A DNA stretch of 64,000 bases. It comes from an uncultured virus (IMG/VR IMGVR_UViG_3300047319_001136). Its lineage: Duplodnaviria; Heunggongvirae; Uroviricota; Caudoviricetes; Schitoviridae. Within the stretch, counting starts at the first letter, position 1. The number at the start of each line of letters is the position of its first letter. The notes beneath the pieces are model-generated. The model was not told the origin of the DNA. It saw only the letters and a program-made list of their open reading frames with translations, and did no database searches. This document shows positions 55,901-64,000 of the stretch, one piece after another. Location: IMG/VR virus record IMGVR_UViG_3300047319_001136. One strand, 5' to 3'. The translations under genes were made by a program, and so were the position numbers.

Positions 55901-58900
55901 GGGACATGGCTACTCCGAGGCGCTGGATGGCTCGATGGAAACGCCGGCGACCAGCTACGGTCCTGGCAACTCCGGTGTGGCCGGCATCCCGTTCATGAAC
56001 ATCGGTATGGGTGACGGCAAGATGATGCAGATCATCTCGACCATGGCCAATGCGATCGGTGGCACGCTGAAGATCTTCGACGGCATGAACATGCCACTGG
56101 ACAAAATCGTTGAAGGCTCCCAGCAGGCCAACCAGGCGGTCTACCAGTCCTGGATGGGTAATCCGCTGCAGGCGGTGTCGGACGCCTATGGCAAGTTTGC
56201 AAAGGATGTCTCGCTCAAGGATGTGCAAGCGCACGGCCAGCAGCATCAGGATCTGGTGAAGGCGCTGTTCGGTCCGTTCAAGACCACGCAGGAGTTCGGT
56301 CTGGATGACGTCCGTGAGGCGATGCTGAAGTTGCGGGATGACGTAGCCAGTGGTGCACTGCAGGCCCAGGCACGCCACAACGCACTGAACCGGGTGAATG
56401 TCTCGGTCGACCAGATGGCAGCGGCATCTTCCCCGTTCCAGATCCAGGGTAAGGAAATGGTCACCGGCGATGAAGCGCAGGTGGCTACCCGCATGTCGGA
56501 GATCTACCAGGAAGAGCTGGACAAGCTGCTGCCTGATGCCAGGCCGAAGACGCAGAACATTGCACCGGAACTGAAGCAGGCGGGTGTGGGTACGGAGTCA
56601 GGTGCACGTATCCTCGGCTTTGCTGACCTGAACAATCTGCTCGGTCAGCTGAAGATGAAGATTCCGGCTGCCCAGGCGAATCTCTTCCGCTCGATCCAGA
56701 AGTCACTGGCTGCTGAAGGTTACAAGGTAATCTTCGGTTCACGTGAGGAGCTGCTGGCCCATAACGATTCGCTGGGTGCGAACTCGATCGATGCTTCCCT
56801 GCTGACGGATCGGACCAACCAGGGTTTTACCCTGCCAGGCCGTCAGGAGATCTGGATGGTGTCGCCCTCCAGTGAAACGCTGGTGCATGAGCTGGTCCAT
56901 GCCTCGACCCTGCGCACGCTGCTCGCCCACTTCAATGGCGAGAATCTGGGTGCACAGCAACCGGTCATCGGCAAGGCGATCAGCAACATCGAGAAGCTGA
57001 TGACCCAGTTCCTGTCGATGGGGGACCGGGTCAAGGATGCGCCTCCAAAACTGCAGCAGGCCTACGCCGATGCAGTGGCTGCGATCAATGGTCACCTGAA
57101 CAATGCAGAGCTCGACCGGGCTTCGCAGAAGGCGCAGGGCGTGAACGAGTTCATGGCCTGGGCACTGACGAACCAGGATCTGGGACGTCTGCAGGAGCGT
57201 ACCGCTGCACATCCCCTGGTTCAGCTGGCCCGGGATGTGGTCCAGTACCTGAAGCAGATGATCTGGGGCAGGAAGGAAGCGCCGGCCTCGCCGGGTACGG
57301 ACATGCTCAGCAACCTGCAGTTCAATACCGCGGTGGTGCTGCAGTCGCAGCCGTCGGTGGCGAAGGTGATGCGGGATACCGCACTCTTCCAGTCGTCGGC
57401 CTATGGCATGGATGACCGGCTCTCGCAGTTCGATGATATGTTTGACCGGAAGATCACGGACCATCTGGACACACCTGACCTGCGTGAAGCAAGCCGCCGC
57501 CAGACGAAGGTCTCCGATGCACTGCAGCTTGGTACCGACATGGCGTTGCACTTCGCCTCGGTGTTCCCGATGACGATGCAGGAGAAGACGACCTTCTCCA
57601 AGATCATGGCGGGTCTGGCTACCGAGGCCCACTTCGATGGCAATGTGCTCACCCGCATGCAGCAGCTGTGGGCGCACGTCACAAAAAACCTCACCGTCGA
57701 GCACCTGGAAGATCCGTCGATTCTTGACGAGAATCCTCGCCGTGCCCAGGCCCAGAACCAGTACGACGCAATCCTGGGCAACAGTCGCGAAAAGATCGAT
57801 GGAGCGGGCCGGTCGACCCTGCTGCCGGCTTTCCTGGCGCTGGCCATGACCAACGATCACTTCCGCCAGGTGCTCGATGGCATGGAAGTGCCCAAGGCCG
57901 AGCGCTCGGATGCTGAGAGCCGGGTGGACCGCTGGCTTGAAGATGCTGGCAATGGCATCCTCGATAACCTGTCGCAGCGTATCTCGGGTGACCTGGGTAC
58001 TGAAAATGTCCGTGCTGCGATGGACGCCCTGTCCGACCGGATGATGGATATCGCCCAGGACCGCCAGAACTTCTACGACCGGTTCGCCAGTCCGGTGGGT
58101 GATGCAGAGGACCGGGTCAATGACATCGTGGTCAAAGGTCTGAACGATCTCGCAGGCAAGGTGGTCGGCAAGGCGGAAGCACTCGATGCGAAGTACGACA
58201 GCAAGGTGACGAACCTGGTGGCGTCCAGTGCCCGGCTGCTCGCCGCGGTGGTTTCCGAAGAGCATGCGGGCAAGATCGCGCAGGGTGTGATGGCGTACAT
58301 GAACCGGATCGGCGGCTTCAATCCGTTCCGGGAATTCATCGGTGACCTCGTAGGCCGCACCGCCTCAAACGCTGCTGTCATCGATATGGGCAAGATCGTG
58401 CGCACGATGATCGCGCAGGATCGCCAGCAGTTCCGCGAGCAGGTACCGAAGGTGATCGCCGATCACTTCTCCCGTCAGCTCTCCGATGACGAATGGAGTC
58501 TGCTGCACCGGGCGATGGGCAAGTCGGATCTGGCTTCCCTGGCTCAGGGTATGTCGCAGGACGAGATCCTGAAACTCATCGAGCACCCGGCCGAGCTGAA
58601 GGCGAAGGTCTCGGAGCTCGAAGATGCGATCCAGAAAGCCGACAAGGCGAACTGGCCGCTCTATGAGAAGAAGATGCAGCAGCTGGCCGCCTACATGATG
58701 ACCGGCCAGACGTCGAGCAATCTTCTGAGGAACGCGGTGGCGATCTCCCGTCTGTTTAATGAGAAGGGGGCGAAAAAGAGCCAGGTCGCAGACATGAAGT
58801 CCCTCCAGAAGAATATCGACATGCTGACCTCGCTCTATGCACTCGATCACCTGGACATCAAGCAGGGGCTGGATATGGCGACGCTGGCTTCGAAGGAAGC

Positions 58901-60767
58901 GGACGGCCTGAAGTTCACGCTCTCCTACCTGCAGGGTCAGCGGGTGGAGGAGCAGAACCGGGCGGTGCAGACGGAACGGGCGCTGTTCAATCACTACAAG
59001 GGTGATATCCCGTCACTGCAGCAGGCCGGCGCTTCGCTGCTCGTAGCGGATGACGCCAACTACGCGAAGCTGCGTGAGCAGTCCTACGTGCGGGTGGGGG
59101 ACTACACGGGTAGTTCGGCCGAGCAGGGCAAGATCAGCCGTGGCTACTACTTCGCCCCGGTCAATGGCCGTAGCGCCTTTGCCCAGGGTGACCTGCAGAA
59201 CGTGCGCCAGACGGCCTCCGGTGTGGACATCATGTCGGGTTACACGGTGAATGACCGGATGGCGGGACGTATCACCGATCCGAAGGCGGTGGCCGCTGCC
59301 GCCCGGATCATGCAGGCCGGTGGGGAAGTGGCCAATGAGCATCTGCTGCCGGTGGTCGATGCGTCTGGACAGGTAGTTGCGTTTGAGCGTTCGATGGATC
59401 CGTCCGAGATGCAGCGCCTGTCCTACAACACCCATCTGGCCGAGATGATTGGCGTGTGGCGTGGCCGTCAGGTCGAAGAGACAAAGTCGGCTATCTACAA
59501 CGATGCACTGGTCGACCGGCTGCATGAGATGTACGAGGCAGACATGAAGGATGGCTCGGGCAACCATGAGCAGTACGTGGATGTGTTCAGCGCGCGCGAG
59601 CAGGCGAAGGATCCGGTGCTCGCTGATGCGGTGAAGCTGATCACGCCGCAGATGAGGCAGCGCATCAAGGAGACGTTCGGCCAGCAGTTCTTCGTGCGCC
59701 GTGACATGCTCAACGATGCGATCGGTTACCGGGTCGCCAGCGTGGGCGATGCCTGGACGGGCAACTCCCGCTGGAGCGACCAGACGCAGGAAAACTTCAA
59801 GCGGCTGGCCATGTCGGTGTTTGGTAACGATGCCTACAGGACCCTCGTCAATGCCGAGAAGAAAGTGCAGTCGTTCATCTCGGACGTGAAGACGATGATC
59901 GTGGTGAAGTCGGTGGTGGTGCCGATGTCCAACCTGATCTCGAATGCGTACCAGCTCGCTTCGCGGGGTGTGCCGGTCAAATCGATCGTGATGGGTATGC
60001 CGAAGAAGACCGCCGAAGTGCGGGCTTACGTCCAGTCGGAAGTCCGTCGCATTGCGGCCGATGCCGAGCTGCGCGCTGCACAGGGCCGTGACGATGTGGT
60101 GGCACAGCGCAAACTGTCGGCCGAGATCCAGTCGATCATGGACAGCCACAAGCGGATGTCCATCTGGCCGCTGATCCAGGCAGGCGAATTCAGTGCGATC
60201 TCGGGTGGCCAGGCCGGCATCGAGGATGTGGATCTCGCCTCGGGCAAGCTCTACAGCTACATCGAGAGCCAGGTGAACAAGCTCCCGGATGGGGTGAAGA
60301 CAGCCGGCCGCTATGCGCTGATCACCAAGGACACGGCGCTCTACAAGGGCATGCAGACCGCCACCGAGTACGGTGACTTCCTCGCCAAGGCGATCCTGTA
60401 TGACGATCTGACGAAGCGTCAGGGCAGGAGCAAGGAGTATGCGCTCTCACGGGTGACGGAGGAATTCGTCAACTATGACCGTCTGCGGGGCCGCTTCCGG
60501 GGTTACCTGGAGTCGATGGGTCTGCTGTGGTTCTACAACTTCAAGATCCGCTCGACCAAGGTGGCGCTCTCGATGATCCGCAACAATCCTGTGCATGCGC
60601 TGCTGGCAGGACTGGCACCGGCACCGACCTTCCTGGGTTCGGTCGGCTCACCGCTGACGGATAACATCTTCACGAAACTGGCTGATGGGCAGCTGAACTT
60701 CAGTCTGGGCTTCGGGCAGGTGTTCCATGCCCCGATGCTCAACCCATGGGTCAATCTCGTGCACTGA
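49935..60767 (+). CDS. virion-encapsidated RNA polymerase (N4 gp50-like vRNAP, 3610 aa)
   Basis: Size; motif A YLEADGMTNG, motif B RGIAKNPLTITIYGSG, motif C KIFDG; terminal NPW; no cysteine seen on reading. Confidence 0.97.
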   Translation: MATAQEIFDQYVGGPAAAAATANAPSLVSPGSPNPGGSAVGAQPTKQQQVVSAADSKISGLAQMANAKQIDLAQQNGYVGDAARLALAPLNQALQAAAGQPGMVPADVAYNAALARKTGQGLNSMPSQLEADMASLPVWSLIDKYGYDQAMQMMQARQTAQNQIGSDAQAGGRSLASATGDLALGVYSGAANSLGGIAALGAGAVNRNAGTAIARNIETFNNAVADNQSSALGSAHRLNAATNALGYRDNAVQAEGFTPGLQGIGREVLNAGTAISNAVSDPMVASDGLAQGIGSLVTAGPIGKGIGLGAKALLGGAEHLGLLGVGLKGEQMAAKLAPLAHDVAMPGSIGLTEAGGAYQQTAADIMGKSDADLRKDSPTYVDLVDKQGMSSDQAKSVIANRAGLFAAAVQGPAAMMTGKLVEHFEAHPFSVPSLRVAGQNILKEGLEETIQSGTGQLAQNMGTQKSGANPNQDLLQGVGEQAGLGGLYGMASAGAVQGPGAVLSSGTRAALNIGSAAIPALKGAANVAGAVAKPVIDLAAKRGDAVAAGNEAASPVSDQHVAQAAQEATDNLPAAMQAVDQATSEQAAPTMPAPDRDAVRNYARQMASVMQYDPNEPAARGMPQAAQDAIAGSTNRVEAMQRMASFIADPKQTLEDRLDIAGALQDDLQQVKQLGESRPDVLDAMGPDHPISQMMTDVNGLLTHVTEQSPLLKKAQTAAQDVAQKVTVPEITEQSADTPEGKKDIQTVANVASLAPERVTPEQAELVMKMQTAGRVDLSNNQSAGIRSALAILKGRQDYIDQLKANGQTASKDIVAEQVSTAKESPEGRESAAQHIQNVRNAYASGNTEGARTALNDFGKFAQSQQNKVSAINGQIEEHGVRSTTANSRPYQYISPDKSEWRTSEKGFGVTPTSRASVENAQHVGAEAHALTEIHNSLASAYPELKVKPLQQVELHPSLTGDTPAKVAQEWAQGKRSVGTATATATTATETAPETAKAKQPETKPAETPVEGKGKEPVTAEPTPAVAEPAVKETAQPGEAKSAEQSAPAPTNEGTQPQAAESKVEPVVEQPAEPAAEPVKEKTGLAAVYPDLVEPESGNQFTSAFSLPKEAKSSLAAAETPVAQLKESLSSSENFARDGGKGSPARLTEEVSKAYRTILNLVPAMVSEINDHLQAFLAKSNQKGDKAGQTYAERFAAGEDINRFRSGKLMNLAEEQPDGSFRLNQSLAETAGIAGLQWLLSSNGYGGVLDESDVRSDFGFSDDANIDEGIVTHLNSGISRLDAVSSLAQKIQNYWGLDGNRNAPDGYVKGIPEAMAKEILRTMQDTQVSVFNEDTNQWEKAPLLREETIRVNTRTGEIIEPGQSAKGLQVKDLPVLIPARARETSKLQQFPDAIERVVSKDPALNHYLDGERPPVAKTQMRNPLVENTSEQKDMIANEQATPFRVNPRMADLYHALGLDRLVDIFGPGLVDEEKLNVNDATSKQGQRQAIVSAFNTFEDTLAAVQAHAQAKGGQPEDVEIRYGYNMSRVSRLQMLGRFNPQASKLMREVVLPTMSTLNLGKNKHMQAFMLGVGQAIGTKVHNLPYAMMLEKTLGDLNGRFAPAVQVLREFQQSGRMSEDMANTLKSSLGSDPTFVQLHGLMEYARYLDADKAAKKTFQTQLYLEADGMTNGPVNAMALLSQGRFTPAWVRNMARGGLWFGGTKDQTSTVYRQGDPTDLYKAMTDDLRTRIAEMRKTLGDGPVKEQQNHLLNLMNLMLGDMVKFDGKDTVDLDRGIAKNPLTITIYGSGAMGIAGKLTGMLMEKIYAQFSDALANGRSPKELFGTGPEAQAKLKIFGDAINALREQVVKTQVDGSRTIQDSGAELQTGQSLKDWTFSADELKAIRQNMLSLFVEPMRESIQEVVGPSLFDSADLVRKATQIPSIMQQYAYQRAVEAALEAKAKDPDYKAGDYLSQKEQDQILGSVAHLAPIIKAPGQAFYVAGSYDANMKGHGYSEALDGSMETPATSYGPGNSGVAGIPFMNIGMGDGKMMQIISTMANAIGGTLKIFDGMNMPLDKIVEGSQQANQAVYQSWMGNPLQAVSDAYGKFAKDVSLKDVQAHGQQHQDLVKALFGPFKTTQEFGLDDVREAMLKLRDDVASGALQAQARHNALNRVNVSVDQMAAASSPFQIQGKEMVTGDEAQVATRMSEIYQEELDKLLPDARPKTQNIAPELKQAGVGTESGARILGFADLNNLLGQLKMKIPAAQANLFRSIQKSLAAEGYKVIFGSREELLAHNDSLGANSIDASLLTDRTNQGFTLPGRQEIWMVSPSSETLVHELVHASTLRTLLAHFNGENLGAQQPVIGKAISNIEKLMTQFLSMGDRVKDAPPKLQQAYADAVAAINGHLNNAELDRASQKAQGVNEFMAWALTNQDLGRLQERTAAHPLVQLARDVVQYLKQMIWGRKEAPASPGTDMLSNLQFNTAVVLQSQPSVAKVMRDTALFQSSAYGMDDRLSQFDDMFDRKITDHLDTPDLREASRRQTKVSDALQLGTDMALHFASVFPMTMQEKTTFSKIMAGLATEAHFDGNVLTRMQQLWAHVTKNLTVEHLEDPSILDENPRRAQAQNQYDAILGNSREKIDGAGRSTLLPAFLALAMTNDHFRQVLDGMEVPKAERSDAESRVDRWLEDAGNGILDNLSQRISGDLGTENVRAAMDALSDRMMDIAQDRQNFYDRFASPVGDAEDRVNDIVVKGLNDLAGKVVGKAEALDAKYDSKVTNLVASSARLLAAVVSEEHAGKIAQGVMAYMNRIGGFNPFREFIGDLVGRTASNAAVIDMGKIVRTMIAQDRQQFREQVPKVIADHFSRQLSDDEWSLLHRAMGKSDLASLAQGMSQDEILKLIEHPAELKAKVSELEDAIQKADKANWPLYEKKMQQLAAYMMTGQTSSNLLRNAVAISRLFNEKGAKKSQVADMKSLQKNIDMLTSLYALDHLDIKQGLDMATLASKEADGLKFTLSYLQGQRVEEQNRAVQTERALFNHYKGDIPSLQQAGASLLVADDANYAKLREQSYVRVGDYTGSSAEQGKISRGYYFAPVNGRSAFAQGDLQNVRQTASGVDIMSGYTVNDRMAGRITDPKAVAAAARIMQAGGEVANEHLLPVVDASGQVVAFERSMDPSEMQRLSYNTHLAEMIGVWRGRQVEETKSAIYNDALVDRLHEMYEADMKDGSGNHEQYVDVFSAREQAKDPVLADAVKLITPQMRQRIKETFGQQFFVRRDMLNDAIGYRVASVGDAWTGNSRWSDQTQENFKRLAMSVFGNDAYRTLVNAEKKVQSFISDVKTMIVVKSVVVPMSNLISNAYQLASRGVPVKSIVMGMPKKTAEVRAYVQSEVRRIAADAELRAAQGRDDVVAQRKLSAEIQSIMDSHKRMSIWPLIQAGEFSAISGGQAGIEDVDLASGKLYSYIESQVNKLPDGVKTAGRYALITKDTALYKGMQTATEYGDFLAKAILYDDLTKRQGRSKEYALSRVTEEFVNYDRLRGRFRGYLESMGLLWFYNFKIRSTKVALSMIRNNPVHALLAGLAPAPTFLGSVGSPLTDNIFTKLADGQLNFSLGFGQVFHAPMLNPWVNLVH

Positions 60768-60776
60768 GTTCAAAAA

Positions 60777-60810
60777 GAAAAACCCTCCAGCGTAAACTGG
60801 AGGGTTTTTC
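60777..60810. terminator. bidirectional terminator between convergent late and middle units
   Basis: Perfect 14-bp inverted repeat GAAAAACCCTCCAG/CTGGAGGGTTTTTC. Confidence 0.9.
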
Positions 60811-60852
60811 GTACTGCTTTTCCCCGGGCTCTCGACTTCCCTGGGAAACTGA

Positions 60853-61053
60853 TTATGGCACGGTGGGTGGTCCTGGTGGACCTGGGGGAGGCCCGTCGTC
60901 CGGATCCCTGTTCCAGGTGAGCAGCGCGTAGCCCAGACTCAGGAGCACCGCGGCGACGGCAATGTAGGGGGCCGTAGCGATGATGGCCACCGTCAGTGCA
61001 AGCACGATGGCCAGCAGTACGATCCCGAGTGCCAGGACCGAACCGGTCCTCAT
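60853..61053 (-). CDS. small membrane protein (66 aa)
   Basis: Long hydrophobic stretch with a proline-rich tail. Confidence 0.65.
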   Translation of the reverse strand: MRTGSVLALGIVLLAIVLALTVAIIATAPYIAVAAVLLSLGYALLTWNRDPDDGPPPGPPGPPTVP

Positions 61054-61054
61054 C

Positions 61055-61528
61055 TTATGCTGCCGCCTGGTTCACCGGCTTCTTCAGACCTGCGAAGAGG
61101 CTGCGTGACGGTGCTGCCGCTGCTTCAGCAGGTTGCTCTGCCGTTGCTACAGCTGCTGCCGGCTCCGTGCTCGACGGCTCAGCCGAAGCACTGGTCGCAG
61201 GACCAGCTTCGGCAGCTGCACCACCGGTCGATTCCGGGACCGGAGTCGGAGCAGGTTGGGGCGATGCTACCTTCACCGAGGCATGCGAAGCGGTGAGCGC
61301 CGTCTCGTGACGGGTAACGGCAACCGGTGCCTGGTTTGCTGCTGCAGCGGGTGCGCCGGGTGCGTCGTCAGACACGATGTCGATCGTGGCCTTGAAGCCG
61401 TCTTCGCCACGGGTGGCCGACAGCTGGATCTCGATCCGGTTGCCGTCCTTCACGTTCAGCAGGCTGTTGATGTGGTTGCGGATGGCCGTTTCGATTTCGG
61501 ACTGGACGATGATGATCTGCATTTTCAT
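61055..61528 (-). CDS. conserved N4-like hypothetical protein (157 aa)
   Basis: QSEIETAIR and LSATRGEDGFKATIDI motifs; low-complexity linker; terminal SLF motif shared with the SSB. Confidence 0.75.
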   Translation of the reverse strand: MKMQIIIVQSEIETAIRNHINSLLNVKDGNRIEIQLSATRGEDGFKATIDIVSDDAPGAPAAAANQAPVAVTRHETALTASHASVKVASPQPAPTPVPESTGGAAAEAGPATSASAEPSSTEPAAAVATAEQPAEAAAAPSRSLFAGLKKPVNQAAA

Positions 61529-62082
61529 ACCTTTGCGAAAAGTCGCATGAGATTCTGGAACATGGGAGTCTGCACTCCCGCATGAATGGCGCCGATGGCG
61601 TCGGCTACGTGTTCAGCTCTGGCCGCTGATACTGCGCCCTGATGCATGGGCCAGTTGGCATGGGGGTATTGAGCCAGGCCCGCTTCAATCATCTGGGCCT
61701 TGGTTGCGTCCTTCTTTCCTGAGAATGCCTTCTTCACTTCAAGTGCGGTCACTTCGATCAGGGGAATCCCTTCCGCCCTGACCACACCCAGCACACCAAC
61801 GCAGAACCCGTAACTCGCCATCGACCGGGCTGACTGCGAACCTACCGGTACTTCGACGAAGATCACCTGTGCCTTGCGGGCAAGGGGCAGCACCACCTCG
61901 GCCAGCTGGGTGGTGAGATGCAGATCGCTGGAGTTCTGGCGAACCTGTTTTCCCTCGAGATCTTTGGGCTGAACCACAAAGAGAGTCGGGGTCGTCAGTT
62001 CGCCCGTGTCCAGATCCAGCACTGCCTGGGCAAGGCCCCAGTTACGCATTGCCGGGTCCATGCCGAGTACCGTGATCTTCAT
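61525..62082 (-). CDS. RuvC-like Holliday junction resolvase (N4 gp46-like)
   Basis: VLGMDP, IFVEVPVGSQS, EVKK and HVADA RNase H-fold acidic motifs. Confidence 0.85.
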   Translation of the reverse strand: MKITVLGMDPAMRNWGLAQAVLDLDTGELTTPTLFVVQPKDLEGKQVRQNSSDLHLTTQLAEVVLPLARKAQVIFVEVPVGSQSARSMASYGFCVGVLGVVRAEGIPLIEVTALEVKKAFSGKKDATKAQMIEAGLAQYPHANWPMHQGAVSAARAEHVADAIGAIHAGVQTPMFQNLMRLFAKV

Positions 62083-62101
62083 TCCTGGCTCCGCGGATCA
62101 G

Positions 62102-62878
62102 TTACGCAGCCTTGCCGAACAGCGACTTGCGCGGTGCAGCAGTCTGGTTGGCAGCCGGAGGTGTGGCCGAGCCAGCAGCACGTGACTTCGGCGGCGCACC
62201 GGCAGCACCGGCTTCACCTTCCTTGATGGAACGCCTGTCACGCGTCTTGCCCTTGTTGCGCTCGAGCCAGCCGCCCCAGAAGGCCGCTTCCGTCGAACCG
62301 GCACGGGCCTCGACCACCGTCAGCTTCGATTCCGTGTCGAACACCTTGTCCGTCACATTCTCTTCGCGGGACTCAGCCGTCGGCTCGTACTTGCCCGTCT
62401 GCTCGTTCTTCACGTTCTTGTTGACGATCTGCTTGAGCACGCCCAGCGAGATCGGCTTGCCGATGGCTTCCGTGATCATCGGCACCGACTTCGGCAGTTC
62501 CTTCTTGACTTCGGAGTCGTACAGCTTGATGACCTTGTCTTCAGCCTCCTGCTCAGCGAGCGGCTTGCCGGTGGCCACCAGGCAGATGTCGTCGACGATC
62601 GTGAAGCCCGGCAGCGGTACCTTCTTGGTCTTGTCGTCCTTGTTCAGGAAGAAGTTCTCGCCCTTGCCGTTCGTGACCCAGAACACCTCACGGTACTCGC
62701 GGCCATTGGTTTCGAGGATGATCGAGACCGAACGTGCCTCGCTGGACGTCGACTTGCCGGCGTAGAGCGCCTTGATGGTGCCCGAGTAAATGTCGGTATC
62801 GACGGCACCGAAGTTGCCGCCCAGACGGTCCTGCGATTCTTCCAGGCCATCGGATTTCAGGTTTCCAAACAGGCTCAT
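62102..62878 (-). CDS. ssb: single-stranded DNA-binding protein / late activator (N4 gp45-like)
   Basis: EESQDRLGG and LPGFTIVDDICL motifs; terminal RKSLFG; gene order. Confidence 0.88.
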   Translation of the reverse strand: MSLFGNLKSDGLEESQDRLGGNFGAVDTDIYSGTIKALYAGKSTSSEARSVSIILETNGREYREVFWVTNGKGENFFLNKDDKTKKVPLPGFTIVDDICLVATGKPLAEQEAEDKVIKLYDSEVKKELPKSVPMITEAIGKPISLGVLKQIVNKNVKNEQTGKYEPTAESREENVTDKVFDTESKLTVVEARAGSTEAAFWGGWLERNKGKTRDRRSIKEGEAGAAGAPPKSRAAGSATPPAANQTAAPRKSLFGKAA

Positions 62879-62939
62879 GATGTTTTTCTCTTTCAGTTGA
62901 ATTGATGTGTGAGTTCTTTAGCTAACGGGGGTTGACCGA

Positions 62940-63701
62940 TCAGTTTGTGTAGAACTCGTTCAGGTGGTTCAGCAACTTCTGGCAGTCGTTGTCGATGTAG
63001 GTCTCTGCCTTGTCAAACATGCCCATCGGGCTGCGGATGCGAAAGCCCGTGGTTGCCTTCGTGATCCGGGTCTGGAACACGTGCTTGAAGCCCAGCTCAC
63101 GTTCCTCATCGGTGATCACCAGCATCTTGCTGCCGAACTTCTCCAGCTCCTTGACGGCAACCTTCTTGGCAGCAACGACAGTCGAAAAGTAGGCCTCGAT
63201 GCCGTTGTTCTTCAGCGATCCCTTCACGGGTACGCTGGTCCGCATTTCCATGCTCTTCTCATCGAGCACGTCCAGCAGGTGGGCGATGATGATCACCGGC
63301 TTGCCAAAGGCGGTGACCTTCTGCTGCATCAGCACCTTGAAGAACTGGGCATAGGCGCCCCAGGCCTGCATGGTGTTGGCACTGCCCAGTACGTACTGCG
63401 ACTCGAACATGTCCATCAGGAAGGTGGACGAGTCGATGACGATGCCAGCGGTATCCGTCGCTTCGTTCGTGGCATAGTCAAATGCCTCGTGGACCTGATA
63501 CGGATCCGTGATGCGATACGGCTGGAACTGGTTCTTGAACGGCAGCCGCTTGCCTGCTTCGCAGTTCAGGTACATCCACTTCTCCTGGTTCAGGATGTTG
63601 CGCAGCGATGCGCTCTTGCCTTCACCCGAGAAGCCGGCGACGAGAATCAGCTGATCATTGATCAGGTCCGCATCGATGACGTCTTCTGCTACTTCACTCA
63701 T
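62940..63701 (-). CDS. Sak4-like / AAA_24 ATPase (N4 gp44-like)
   Basis: GFSGEGKSASL, YLNCEAGK, VIDS and IRSPMGMF motifs. Confidence 0.88.
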   Translation of the reverse strand: MSEVAEDVIDADLINDQLILVAGFSGEGKSASLRNILNQEKWMYLNCEAGKRLPFKNQFQPYRITDPYQVHEAFDYATNEATDTAGIVIDSSTFLMDMFESQYVLGSANTMQAWGAYAQFFKVLMQQKVTAFGKPVIIIAHLLDVLDEKSMEMRTSVPVKGSLKNNGIEAYFSTVVAAKKVAVKELEKFGSKMLVITDEERELGFKHVFQTRITKATTGFRIRSPMGMFDKAETYIDNDCQKLLNHLNEFYTN

Positions 63702-63771
63702 TGCTGCTCTCCCTGGTTCCCGATCCTCTCCGGCTTGGCTTGAGCCAGGAAAGGAATCAGGGGTATGTTGT

Positions 63772-64000
63772 CTAGCTACGCTGGTATCGCTTAGCCACTG
63801 AGACCATGATGGTGGAACGTATCTCTTCCTCGGACAGCGGGTTGTTCAGCTTGCCGTTGAATGCGAGGAGTGCCTGGTTGACAGCCATGAGATCCATGCC
63901 CGAGTCGTATAGCGCCATTGCATACTTCAGCAGGTGGTTGTTCCGGTTGCCCGAAGCGATACGTTGCGCAAACCAGCGCTCCAGGTTATCCATCGAGGCA
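63772..64000 (-). CDS. DNA primase C-terminus (N4 gp43-like; partial, starts beyond the right edge)
   Basis: LERWF...GNRNNHLLKYA...FNGKLNNPLSEEEI (PriCT-like); gene order. Confidence 0.8.
   Translation of the reverse strand, partial: ASMDNLERWFAQRIASGNRNNHLLKYAMALYDSGMDLMAVNQALLAFNGKLNNPLSEEEIRSTIMVSVAKRYQRS

Noticed and set aside
53655..60149. Several long minus-strand ORFs (507, 288, 508 and 378 aa)
   Set aside because: Antisense shadows of the vRNAP gene.
1..64000. Integrase, protelomerase/telomere site, CI-like repressor, tRNA genes
   Set aside because: None was recognised in this window; they could lie in the unseen remainder of the genome.

Overview
This window covers most of the genome of an N4-like (Schitoviridae-type), GC-rich podovirus. 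It reads straight through the region where the virion genome ends are expected (about 20.6-21.4 kb), so it derives from a circular or end-joined molecule. The left arm (minus strand, 20.6 kb to 1) holds early and middle genes: gp1- and gp2-like, the two RNAP II subunits, gp17-like, HNH, AAA plus vWA, dCTP deaminase and rIIA. The plus strand (21.4-60.8 kb) holds the terminase, two tail fibres, lysis cassette, portal, capsid, ejection proteins and the 3610-aa virion RNA polymerase. The right end (minus strand) holds the primase C-terminus, a Sak4-like ATPase, SSB and a RuvC-like nuclease. DNA polymerase and helicase are not in the window. Main finding: an apparently complete plasmid replicon sits between the two RNAP II subunit genes. 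It comprises a type Ib ParA, a ribbon-helix-helix partner, 4-bp-periodic centromere-like arrays, a winged-helix Rep-like gene, and an origin-like region with a DnaA box and GAGAC repeats, closed by a terminator just ahead of RNAP subunit 2. This points to a temperate N4-like phage-plasmid. Also seen: three N4-type hairpin promoters, a 15-bp motif in four intergenic sites, several candidate small RNA or small peptide units, and a collagen fibre with nine tandem fibritin-foldon-like motifs. All calls come from reading motifs and gene order by eye; no database searches were run.
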